A stretch of 62,479 nt of DNA, counting the filler, from Globobulimina sp. (taxonomy: Eukaryota), in assembly GCA_003354225.1 (NCBI GenBank). It is 14 parts of 14 records of this genome, joined end to end, with 100 filler letters (N's around TTAATTAATTAA, not from the genome) between each part and the next. Parts side by side here need not be neighbours in the genome. Positions count along the whole stretch, not along the records: positions 22,384 to 26,755 come from PIVH01001307.1; positions 26,856 to 31,227 come from PIVH01001308.1; positions 31,328 to 35,698 come from PIVH01001309.1; 11 more parts are not named here. One strand, 5' to 3'. The translations under genes and the position numbers were made by a program. The notes under the pieces were generated by a model. The model did no database searches, was not told the DNA's origin, and was given only the letters and a program-made list of their open reading frames with translations. This document shows, one piece after another, positions 24,719 to 35,798 of this stretch; positions within the stretch are counted from its first letter, which is position 1, and the number at the start of each line of letters is the position of its first letter.

Positions 24719-25711
24719 ATGGCAAAGTTTTGGGATTGTGTAGTTTGTAATTTAAATAATTTAGGGACAGCAATAGAATTAGCGGAAGAATGTGCAGAGT
24801 TGGGGTATTATGGAGTTGTCTTAAATTTTATTATTGATCCCAATAATAAGGAGATTATTGAGTCATTAAATTCATTTCTCAACAATGATTATAATAAAAT
24901 TATTCAATATTTTGAGTATAAAATAAATGTTAAGAATAGATTAACATTGAAAATTAAAAACACCAATCATCAAAATATTCAATATAACAAGCAATTGTTT
25001 GATCAATTTGACATTATATCAGTAGCATTAAGTGATTTTAATCCATTTCTAATTAAAAATAAATCGTTTTTAGAAACAATTATAAAATGTGACTATATTG
25101 ATATTATAAATTTAAATAATATTTCAATCGCTGTTAATTCTAATTTTGTGCACAATTCGGTGAGACAATTAATAGAAACAACTGAGTTTAATAAATATTT
25201 TGAGATTTCATTATTCGAATTTAAGCAAAATATGCAAAACATAATACCATTATTTAATTGTTTTGGGTCCATAATTGGTAAAATTGACAAACAATTTATT
25301 ATTTCCACATTTGCAACAAACAGATTACAATGTAGGTTACCCAACGATTTATTAAATATTATCAATTTATTTGATTCAAAATTTAAAACAAATAAACTAA
25401 AAAATTGCATTTCTATAAATATTCAAAATGCATTGACACAATCAAAAATAAATAGATTTGCATTTAAAAAATCTATCGTATCATCACCATCAACAATGCC
25501 AAATAAACCATTACAAATTGAAGCATCATCAAATCAAAAAAAAGATATTAAACAAGATATACACAAGAATAGACATTCAAATCAGAATAAAAATTCAAAA
25601 ACAAAACCAAACAAACTGAATTTATTGCCTTCACCCATTGGAAAAAAGAAATGGAAAAAGAAAAACACTAAAAACATTAAAAACAATAAACTAAAATCGT
25701 TTAAAAAATAA
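24719..25711 (+). CDS. RPP30: RNase P/MRP subunit p30-like protein
   Basis: PHP-fold pattern FWD, LGYYGVVLN, RLTL, FDIISV, IDIINL, YFEISL, IISTFA, RLPNDL, with a basic tail. Confidence 0.7.
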   Translation: MAKFWDCVVCNLNNLGTAIELAEECAELGYYGVVLNFIIDPNNKEIIESLNSFLNNDYNKIIQYFEYKINVKNRLTLKIKNTNHQNIQYNKQLFDQFDIISVALSDFNPFLIKNKSFLETIIKCDYIDIINLNNISIAVNSNFVHNSVRQLIETTEFNKYFEISLFEFKQNMQNIIPLFNCFGSIIGKIDKQFIISTFATNRLQCRLPNDLLNIINLFDSKFKTNKLKNCISINIQNALTQSKINRFAFKKSIVSSPSTMPNKPLQIEASSNQKKDIKQDIHKNRHSNQNKNSKTKPNKLNLLPSPIGKKKWKKKNTKNIKNNKLKSFKK

Positions 25712-25807
25712 CCGGAGAATTTAACTCCATCCAAAAATGTAAAAATCTTTATGTGCGAGGATAGAAAAATAAAACACTAGTCTTAAAACATTAATAGCGA
25801 ATTAAGC

Positions 25808-26596
25808 ATGAGCAAGCCAGCAGCCTCACACGACACCAAATCAAATGAAGAAGTGTTAGTGTTTGGTAAACCCGATGCATCCGACAAGGAATTCATTGAA
25901 AAACATAGGAAAAAAAAGAATAAAAATAAAAATAAAATGGGCGGCATCCAAGTATTACGAAAAGGGCCAAAGCAAGCGGATGGCAGTCACAATATAACAC
26001 AGATTGGTAAAGGAAGCGGTGGTGGCATACAGGTGCACAGCGTGGGAGCAGACGGTGTATATCGCGATGAAGATGGAAACATAGCATTAGATCCAACCGA
26101 AGATAAAGAACTATTACATTTAAAAAAACGTGGTTTTTATTATAAAAAACGATTAATTTTCGAATGGATTCAGACATTGGAAGATGTGACAATTTATATA
26201 CGACCGCCAAAGAATATAAAATGCGCCGATTTAGTGATTTCAATGAAAACCTCTCAGCTCATTGTCGGGATGAAAGGAATGAAGGCATTTATCGACGAGG
26301 CGTTGTCGTATCCCATTGATAGCAGCAATAGTACGTGGTTTATGGACGACGATGGTATTTGTATATCGTTATCGAAACGGGAGATTGGGGAGCCATGGTT
26401 GCGTGTGATCGATAAGCAAGAGGCTATGAATACATTTGAAGCACAGAAAATTAAAAAATCTATGATGTTGGAACGGTTTGCGAGGGAGAATCCGCATATG
26501 GATTTTAGCGGTGCTAAGTTTGGGGGGAATTGTCCTGAACCCACACAGTTCTTAGATGGCATTGATACGAATCGATTTCATAAAGATGTTCAATGA
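25808..26596 (+). CDS. NudC-family (CS domain) nuclear movement protein
   Basis: FEWIQTLEDVTIYI CS domain; C-terminal MMLERFARENPHMDFSGAKFGG..P.P. Confidence 0.88.
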   Translation: MSKPAASHDTKSNEEVLVFGKPDASDKEFIEKHRKKKNKNKNKMGGIQVLRKGPKQADGSHNITQIGKGSGGGIQVHSVGADGVYRDEDGNIALDPTEDKELLHLKKRGFYYKKRLIFEWIQTLEDVTIYIRPPKNIKCADLVISMKTSQLIVGMKGMKAFIDEALSYPIDSSNSTWFMDDDGICISLSKREIGEPWLRVIDKQEAMNTFEAQKIKKSMMLERFARENPHMDFSGAKFGGNCPEPTQFLDGIDTNRFHKDVQ

Positions 26597-26855
26597 CCGG
26601 TGTCTGTGCAAGGATATCGATAAACAATCTTGTCGTAATATTAAATCAGAGTCGTAATTTTAAATGCTGCAATACATTGATGTGGTTTTGCAAACAAACA
26701 AAACGATTCAAGCAAGAGCAAGAATTCAACAAAAAAGCGCATCAAAAAATAGCAANNNNNNNNNNNNNNNNNNNNNNNNNNNNNNNNNNNNNNNNNNNNT
26801 TAATTAATTAANNNNNNNNNNNNNNNNNNNNNNNNNNNNNNNNNNNNNNNNNNNN

Positions 26856-29800
26856 CTTCTTTTTGATTTAAATCAATTTTAGTCCACCTATATTCATTAT
26901 TACCGACATTATTCGAACATTTCAATTGATATATTTTACAAACATAACATAATATTTTTATTCCAAACATTTCATGTTTGATTGTTTGTGATTGTGATAT
27001 CAATGCAATAATGTCATAAATTAAATCTTTTAGCCATTCCAGCTTTATTTCATTGTCATTCTTATCCGCAATAACCATTAACTTTGGTGAATGTGATAAA
27101 ATCGCATTGATTATGGATACCGCTTCATACATATTGATTTTTGTAACTTCGTTTTGTTGCTCTCTTATTTTATTATTAAATCGCCATCCCGGCAGACCAC
27201 GAGGTTCACGTTTTTGATGTTGTGTTTTTTTAGATTTGTTTGATTTCGATTGTGATGCATTCCAAAATGACATCATTAACGGCGTTAACATAATTAATAA
27301 AAGGGCCGATGTTTTGTGTCGTTTTACAAATAATAGCAAATGATGAAACACACGTTTTTCGAATCTGGATTGTTTCGCATCTGTACATATTTTTGAATTT
27401 TTTTTTCTTTGACGAAATGCAAATATTAATGCTTTATCCAATCTTTCCAATTCCGCATATTTCACTGTGTCTGTTTCTAAATTAATAAGCTTTTCGTCGA
27501 TTTCACCATAATCTGTTACCTCGAACGACAAATCACTGTCACTGTCACTCTCATCCTCTTCGTCACTGTCACTGTCATCATTATCCCCATCCTCTTCGCC
27601 TTCCTCTTCGTCACTGTCTTCGTCGCTGTCACTGTCATCCTCATCGTCGCTGTCATCCTCTTCAATAAATTCTGCTTCTTTCTGGTCATTTTCATCAATA
27701 TCCATATCTTCATCATCGTCCTCGTCCTTGTCGTCGTCACCCTTTTCTTGCAATTTCTTCTCATTTGTTTCCGTTTCCGTTTCTGGTGATATAAATGCTA
27801 ATAATTTCGAAAATGTATTGGAATGAAATAAGTCAGCAAATTCTAATAAAATATGCCTCGATAAACAGGATAGAAACATATCATCGGAGTGCAAACATTC
27901 TATGATAATATCCATCAATGCATCACCACAGTCAGTTGCTGATAAATCTGATATTTTATCAATAATTTCATTATCCAATTGCGATAAAATAGAAACTGAA
28001 CAATCTGAAGTCTCATTATTAAAAAAATAATAAATTGCAATAAATTTTACAAAATCTTTTAATAACTCTTTGTGTTTTGAAGACAAATATTCTACATTGA
28101 TTTTTTCGATTTTGTCTACAATTTCTTGTGGTTTTAAATCAAATGAATCCTCTACGCGATATTTCAAATATTTCTCTTGTTCGAATTCGCGAAGAGCGTC
28201 ATTAAAATATCCAATAAATGCATTTTTGTTGTTGGATGTCAATGTGTTCCATGCATTTTGTACTGAAATACGTAATACTTTTTGGGCCAAAAATAATATT
28301 TTTTCAAACCGCGATCTATTAACAATATCCCTCGAAGCTTTGAAAAAAACAATACGCACAAAAAAATACACAGATTCCTTCAACCATTTAATACCAGCAA
28401 TATCATCATTTTTTTCATGGTTTTTTTTCCAATTTTTCTTAATAAATTGTTGCATAATGTTTGCTACGGATTTAATGGAATTGACACAGTCTCTCTCTGC
28501 GGATAATAATTGTTTTCGATCTCCCATTCTATTGCGGGTTATGTCCGCATTGTTTCTCCAAAAAACGTTTGTATAAAACATAACGGTTTTTAAATTGGCC
28601 CTGTTCTCATCACTAATATTTTCGTTTTCGTTTTCCTTCGCGTTTATCTTTCCAATTAATCCAATATTAACAGAGGAAGATATTAATAAGGACTTAATTA
28701 TGGATCCATATATTTTACCGTCGGATAAGGACTTTAATTCCACCATAAAATCAAATGCTTCTTTACATTCCTTGTATTGTTTCTTGTTGTTTTTGTATTT
28801 TAATCCATATTTGGCTATAAATCGTAGCACCGACGGACTTAAAATATGTGCAAACAAAATATCACTGTTTACCTTCAAAACCATGCCACAAAATATAAAC
28901 GTATTACATAATACACTCACAAATGAGACATATTTTGGTTTTAATAAATTGGTGTTGACAAAATAAAACAACGTATTGCAACATTCGCTGAATTTTGAAT
29001 CTTGACTCGAAATATTGCCACCGGTACAATATAAACATATCAATGCTTTCCACATCTTTTTATCATTATAAATGTTTGAAACAATTGATGTACATAACGA
29101 TGTTTCTGATTTTTTTAACGGTTTTAATAGAAACTCGTAGACTAAGTCAATTTTCTTGGGTAATATTTCAACGGTTAAATTGTTCAAATCGCAATCATTC
29201 AAATTCCACGTTGAGCTGAACATATTATGATTGTTATAAATGCGTAAAATTAATTTAATTTGTGTTAATGTGACCAATTTAAATGAATTAATGGGAGTTG
29301 GTATTAATTTGCAACATAAATGCATTAAATCGGTGCGATGTGCGATTAATAATTTTTTCCATTCATCATGATCATGTTTGCCTGTTTCCATAACATCCAA
29401 TAAACAAATCATTGTTTGACAGGATAAATCGATGAGATTTTTCGCTTGTGCTGAGCCAACAATTCGTGTTAAAATTGCATGTAAATCATTCCATGACAAC
29501 TCAAAAATTCGCTGAGTTTGAAATAATATCAAAATAAATAGATTTCGAATTAATAATAACGATTCAACGATGGTCGATTGTTTTGCTTTTTCATTTGCAC
29601 AAAAATTATTTACTGTTTGTACTATAAATGGTGTATTGATGAATTTGCAATGGAGTAAGACTTGCGATAAAGTGTTGGCAAATGCTATTCTGTTTGCATG
29701 TGATGATGAGGATAATCCTCGTATTAGTCTCTGCAGTGTATATTTGATCAAAGGAATTGAATTTAAATCATCGTCTTTGTCATTGAGTTGTTGATGTTTC

Positions 29801-29928
29801 TCATTTACGTGTTTTATAATTATTTCAACTGTTTTTGATCGCGTTTCTAAATCCTTGTCGGTTAACTTGGTGAATAAATCTAAATATTCTTTGTTATTCT
29901 TTGCAAATTCAAGAAGGCTCATTGTCAT
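26856..29928 (-). CDS. POL5: DNA polymerase phi / Myb-binding protein 1A (Pol5) family nucleolar protein, 3'-truncated
   Basis: YLDLFTKL...YTLQRLIRGLSSS...R.AF...L at the N-terminus, a long acidic tract, then LD.AL...FR..K. Confidence 0.8.
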
Positions 29929-30075
29929 CAAAATGCTGACTGTACTGTTTGTAGTGAAAAATAATGAGAAGAAAAATTTAAAATAGTAGTCCTTGCACTT
30001 TTAAAACGCCAGAATTGTACACCATAAAATAATAGAATTACAATTACATTAATAAATTGAATTAAATGTTAAAGC

Positions 30076-30744
30076 TTAAAATTTTCGTGAAGATCTAGAT
30101 GAACTGACAGATTCTTGATTTGCTGATGAAAACATAAAACCGGCGCCTATACTCGTCATAGCTCCACGATCACTGTTTGACAGCATATACGCACCACAAC
30201 ATGAGACACAACATGTTAATAACAATTCGAAAATACAAAATATTAATATCATGTGACCAATGGGCGATGAATTGCATTCTACCGACATTTGATTGGTATA
30301 TATATAGATACCGACTATAGCCCAAATTGTATGAAATGCAGTAATTACGATTTGAAATAATGCATGATACTGAGATATAAGTACTTGCGATATTTGGGTA
30401 TAGACAATCAACGATGGACCAAATGTTTGATAACAATTCAACAACATATACAATAATGATACCATAATTCCTAAACCACAGCTAATATACAACCAAATAT
30501 CCAATTCAACTGTATATTCTGTTCCATATCTTTTGGGACTTTTGCATATTGTCGATCCTGTATTATTGGAGTATTCCGCAGCTATCACTAAACCAACAAT
30601 GCACGGTATCGATGCAACCATAAACACGCATATATAGCAACTGCCTATCCATTGCGCCACTGGCTCTTCTCTTGGGTCGCTCAAATTAATTGGCGTGTCA
30701 ACAGAACGTTGAACGAGTGAATCCTCCTCACTGGTTGAGTGCAT
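30076..30744 (-). CDS. Four-TM membrane protein of unknown function
   Basis: Four hydrophobic helices with Cys in the loops; intact 222-aa ORF. Confidence 0.7.
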   Translation of the reverse strand: MHSTSEEDSLVQRSVDTPINLSDPREEPVAQWIGSCYICVFMVASIPCIVGLVIAAEYSNNTGSTICKSPKRYGTEYTVELDIWLYISCGLGIMVSLLYMLLNCYQTFGPSLIVYTQISQVLISQYHALFQIVITAFHTIWAIVGIYIYTNQMSVECNSSPIGHMILIFCIFELLLTCCVSCCGAYMLSNSDRGAMTSIGAGFMFSSANQESVSSSRSSRKF

Positions 30745-30892
30745 TTATAGTGTGGACTGTGGAGTTTTTTTGGAAAAAATAAATGAAAAGAAAGAATGTT
30801 GAATATTCAAAATAATAAAGAAAAAAATAATGCAGAAGAAATGCGAAAAAAAAATTAAAATAAAGTCATTGAAAATTATATAATGCAAATGT

Positions 30893-31227
30893 TTATGATA
30901 AAAATATGCAATTTTTTAATTTCTGATAATCGTAAGTGAGAGAGAAGCGATCATATGACGACCGCATCAATGTATACATTTCATCACATGATTTCTCGAA
31001 TAATTTCAATAAGTCAAACAATGTGACATTGTTTGATTGCAGCCACAACTGATAATCATCCATTTTGAATGCAATATCGTGTCGTATCTTAAATGGAATA
31101 TTAATTTGAAACATTGAATTATAATCAATATATTTCATATATATTTTATGTGCTTTTATTTTATAATCCATTATCATCACTGCCATATCCACCAAATTAT
31201 CCTGCACATCACCGACACCATCAAAAA
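30893..31227 (-). CDS. RGS domain (C-terminus of a larger protein)
   Basis: AHKIYMKYI...FQINIPFKIR...LF......LM.SSYDRF. Confidence 0.8.
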
Positions 31228-31327
31228 NNNNNNNNNNNNNNNNNNNNNNNNNNNNNNNNNNNNNNNNNNNNTTAATTAATTAANNNNNNNNNNNNNNNNN
31301 NNNNNNNNNNNNNNNNNNNNNNNNNNN

Positions 31328-33112
31328 TATCATTTGCATTACTTTTATTTTCATGATTAAATATTGGCGGAATTACAACCTTAACATTTTCATCCAAACC
31401 ATTCTCTACAAACTCACCAAACTCACAGCTTTGATTCATGGCTCTGTCAATAAAGCTGTCAAACAAACTGTCATTATAGCAGCGAGACTCATTAATAGCA
31501 CCATACGGATTCACCATTTGCCAGATCGTATTCCCTGATTTTAAATCAATGGCATGCACAGATCCTGCACTGCAAAGTCTCATTTTATCATTCAATTCAT
31601 ACATATTGGCGCCCAGCGTCAGAACAATGCCAATCATCGAAGCTTCATCCACTGCCATATTAAAATTCGCCATGTCAGTAAAAGGTCCGAAACTTTTTGA
31701 TATCACCAATTTGCCGGAAGGCACCTCGAACACAAATAATTGTGATGGTTTTTGAGATGCAGCAACGTATAAACTGTTATTATATCGAAATGTAGCCACT
31801 GCAGAGAGATCAGCATTGGGTCCCTGATTACCTAAACTCGGACAAAATGGATAAGAAGTTTCGTCCGTCCAACATGAGGGAGAATAAAGCACATCAACTC
31901 CTTGCAAAGGCATTCCAGCCTCCAGTTCAAAAGTGTGTTTATTTAAAATAATTAAGCTGTCCGGAAACACATCGCGCTCCAAACATCTCCAAAATCTGTC
32001 ATCTTCTCTGTTATCTCCACAAACGTTTCGCGAATAACTATTTTCTAATGGCACTTTGCTGAAATCTCCCGATAAACACTCATCGATATAATATGGTGTT
32101 CGATACAATTGCCCAGTTCCTGTTTATCATTTTTTTATGTTTCACAGAAATGTTTAATATTTAATATAAAAAAAGAGTATATACCAAATACAACATAATC
32201 GTCGATAATAGCGGGGAAATTATAGGCTCCCGCTCCTAAATAAGACATGTTATGATCATCATAAATGGTTAAATTCCTATTAAATGGATACCATGTTTTG
32301 ACCACTTGCTGTGTATTAATATCAATTTTAAAAAATCTGCCAATAATTTGGGAGCCATTGACATGATTTCCAGACTGCGCCAAACCTCCATACGCGTAAC
32401 CACCATCGACAAAGAATCCATGCACATTACACTGCCAATTCAACGGATTATAACCAGCGGCGATTTCTAATTTCCATAGTAATGAACCATCGGAAATATC
32501 CACTGCTATGGCCCAGCAACCTGCTTTCATTGGATACGTAAAATGCCAACTTCCGAATGGATATGTTCGACGACTTGGTGCTCCAAATAGAGCTCCACGG
32601 CGCCCTCTTTTATCTTGAAACAATGTGAGTGACTGATGAGTTCCAACCGATATTTGTGTTTGGTTATAACCCATTATTTGGGCAACATTCACCCTCCAAC
32701 TTACTGCACACGTTTCCATATCAATTTTGGTGACAAAACCACTTAAATCTGTGAAATATGCATTGTAGTCATCATCGATTGTTGGGAATCCATTGACTCC
32801 AATGGCTCCTGGCGATTCATACACACATTTTGTTGTGACATCCTTTATATTGGTCGAATTTATTGTAATTCTATCTGGGTAAGGCGATGTTTGTTGATTT
32901 TGCAAATTCCCACCATAACAAGGCCACAGACCAATCATTCCTGATTTGTGTGACGACGAAGAGTCCAACACATCAAATACTGCGAATAATAAAATGAGTG
33001 TGATTATAATTATTACAATGATGACCGCAGTTGATATCAACAGCACAGATTTAGTTTTGGATGCAACTGGTTTCGATAAAAGCTGATCCTGACTTGTATA
33101 CATGGCCGCCAT
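31328..33112 (-). CDS. Type II membrane PQQ-like beta-propeller protein (polyvinyl-alcohol-dehydrogenase-like), 3'-truncated
   Basis: TM anchor, WPCYGGNLQNQ, repeated AVD..DG.LLWK / AIDLKSGNTIWQ, GPNAD, ASQK. Intron 32120-32184. Confidence 0.75.
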
Positions 33113-33245
33113 GTTGTGGTCGAAAAATAAGTGTTTCTTCAAAAAGAAAGTTTTGAGGAAAAAAAACATTATTCTATCAACAATAAAACATTAATTTACA
33201 ACAAAAATTATAATCACAATCACCACAAAATATTTATTCCTGCAC

Positions 33246-33881
33246 CTATGGAATGCCAGGAAAATGCTCGACAAATTTGATTTTAAAGTCTGGGAAATGT
33301 TGAACAATTTGAATCTTAAAATCTGGGAAATGATCAACAATCTGCCACTTTCCAATGGAATCTGGGAAATGTTGCACGCGCTGAACATTTAAGTCTGGGA
33401 AATGACTCACAACTTCGACTGTATAATCTGCAAAATGTTCCACAAATTGTATTTTACCATAGATCTGTGCTACGTTTACTTTTTTATTGCCAGCAATTTC
33501 TCCAATTCCTTGTGGTTGCGGGTTTTGTGGCGGTGGTTGTTGTGCTTGATATCCTTCCTGTTGTTCCATATTATATTGCGCAGATTGAGGTTGTTGCACT
33601 TGTACATATTGCGGTGGGTTCCCAGCGGGTTGTATTATCACTACATTATGCCCTTTGCAATCAAGAATTTGTATGTTGTGCAAGGATAATATATTATATA
33701 TACCTGCTTGATTTGGGGTTGCTTGTTCTTGTACAAATACTACAGGCTGTCTCTGTTGCCGTTGCATTAATAATCTTCTTTGTGCAATGCGTTGTCTTTG
33801 GCGTTGTCGCCGATAAACACAACTTACGATCACAACTACTATAAAAAATATCCACCACCAAGAATTGTAATAATCTGACAT
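33246..33881 (-). CDS. Single-TM, Gln/Pro-rich protein with a C-terminal (V/I)xHFPD repeat domain resembling the bacterial 7(1)-knot family
   Basis: WWWIFFIVVVIVSCVY-RRQR, probable in-frame intron 33653-33703, then IYGKIQFVEHFADYTVEVVSHFPDLNVQRVQHFPDSIGKWQIVDHFPDFKIQIVQHFPDFKIKFVEHFPG. Confidence 0.8.
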   Translation of the reverse strand: MSDYYNSWWWIFFIVVVIVSCVYRRQRQRQRIAQRRLLMQRQQRQPVVFVQEQATPNQAGIYNILSLHNIQILDCKGHNVVIIQPAGNPPQYVQVQQPQSAQYNMEQQEGYQAQQPPPQNPQPQGIGEIAGNKKVNVAQIYGKIQFVEHFADYTVEVVSHFPDLNVQRVQHFPDSIGKWQIVDHFPDFKIQIVQHFPDFKIKFVEHFPGIP

Positions 33882-33922
33882 GATACGTTTGAGTTTAAAG
33901 TTTTGTCAAAAAAACTATTACG

Positions 33923-35246
33923 ATGTTCTCCATGTTCTCCATATATGCGATATATGCAACATTATCATATCATTGTTTATCGTTAGACAATGGTTTAGCA
34001 CGCCGTCCGCCAATGGGATGGTCGACCTGGAATTTGTATCACCGCACTTTTACGGATCAAGTTTTTTATGACGCAGTAGATGTATTTGAATCGACCCCTA
34101 TGAAATCTGTAGGTTATGAATATATCAATGTAGATGGTGGTTGGTGGTATTCTGTAAATAAAACAGTAACACGCAACAGCACTGGTTACGCCTATGTAGA
34201 TCCAATAAAGTATCCAGACGGCATTCAAAAAGTAATAAATTATATCCATGCACACGGTTTGAAATATGGCCATTACACAGATGCAGGGACCAATGCATGC
34301 GATGGTGATACACAAATGAGTGAAAATTTCATGCCTCAGGATATTTCTCTATTTATTAGTTGGGGCATTGATATGATTAAAGTGGACGCCTGCTCTGTGA
34401 AAGGGAATGATACGGCCATTACATTCCAATGGAGAGACGATTTGAATGCAACTGGGCGAGCTGTACTATTTAGTAACTGTAGAAATCACTGTTTATATAA
34501 TGACTGGGAACCGTGGTGTGTTGGATTAGCAAATATGTGGAGGATAAGTGAGGACATACAATCGAATTGGAACGGTATGTTGAAAAATTTAGATGCCACA
34601 AAATCATATGGAAAATATGCGGGTCCTGGCGCTTGGAATGGTATTTTTTTATTTTTGTTTTTTAATATTATATATGCCGTATATTGTGTGTATAGATCCA
34701 GATTTTCTTGAAGTTGATATTGGTGAGTTTCAGTATAATGGAGACGAGGAATCAGTGTTAATGAATGAAGCTCATTTTAGTTTATGGTGTATTATATCGG
34801 CGCCATTGATCGGTGGGATGAGTTTGACGAATATTAGTGAGGCCATATTGGATATCATGGTGAATAAAGATGCCATTGCTGTGAACCAAAATTATTTAGA
34901 CAATGCTGGTGATGTTATCACAGAATTTAATATTTCGGATAGTTTTAGAAATGAATATGAAGAGCAAATGGCTAAAAATGGTAATCAAACTGAATTGTTT
35001 TATAAACCGTTACCTGCAGCAGTTGGTAATGCAGCATTTGTGTTTTTGAATCGGAATACGAGCAAAGCATATAATGTTTCGTTGGGATTTAGCCAATTAC
35101 CATTTAATAATGGTAATAGTGCTGTGGTGGAATGTTCATCGTTAGATATTTGGACAAAAGCTATAAATAAAACAACTTCTTTTGAAGCTACATTACCTCC
35201 ACAGAGTGTTAAATTTATTCTGTTGTCTGATTGTGTAATTTATTAA
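33923..35246 (+). CDS. Alpha-galactosidase / alpha-N-acetylgalactosaminidase (GH27)
   Basis: Signal peptide, LDNGLARRPPMGWSTWN, YINVDGGW, WGIDMIKVDAC, NMWRISEDI, GPGAWN|DPDFL (intron 34641-34695), HFSLWCIISAPL. Confidence 0.95.
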
Positions 35247-35798
35247 TTTATAATGTAACTTATATTATACAGTACTTTAACAACTGTTTACCAACTGTTT
35301 AAGCATCAGCAATCATGGGCTGCACGGAAAGCATCAGCGACCCAATCAAGCATGAATCTAAAACAACAAGAATTTGAAAATATAGTGTCAAACAATCATC
35401 CCGGCGAGGTTGCTTATAGTGTCCCGGCGAGGTTGCAGTGCAATGTTTTTTTTTTTTAACTTCGAACTTAGAATGATGACATTTATTATTAACAAAAAAA
35501 AATGCTCACATCATCTTCAGATTGTATTTAGTGCGACAACAAAAATAAAAAGTTTATATTTTTATATAAACCAACAAAAACAAAACAAACAAAAAACAAA
35601 TTTAATAATGGTAATAGTGCTGTGGTGGAATGTTCATCGTTAGATATTTGGACAAAAGCTATAAATAAAACAACTTCTTTTGAAGCTACATTACCTCCNN
35701 NNNNNNNNNNNNNNNNNNNNNNNNNNNNNNNNNNNNNNNNNNTTAATTAATTAANNNNNNNNNNNNNNNNNNNNNNNNNNNNNNNNNNNNNNNNNNNN

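Noticed and set aside
27516-27764. tcactg/tcatcc-type repeats and a Thr/Met-rich alternative ORF
   Set aside because: Codon repetition from the Asp/Ser/Glu acidic tract of POL5.
35600-35698. Exact copy of GH27 coding sequence 35102-35200 at the contig end
   Set aside because: Exactly 99 bp (a common assembler k-mer), identical and terminal; best explained as a graph re-entry or amplification chimera.
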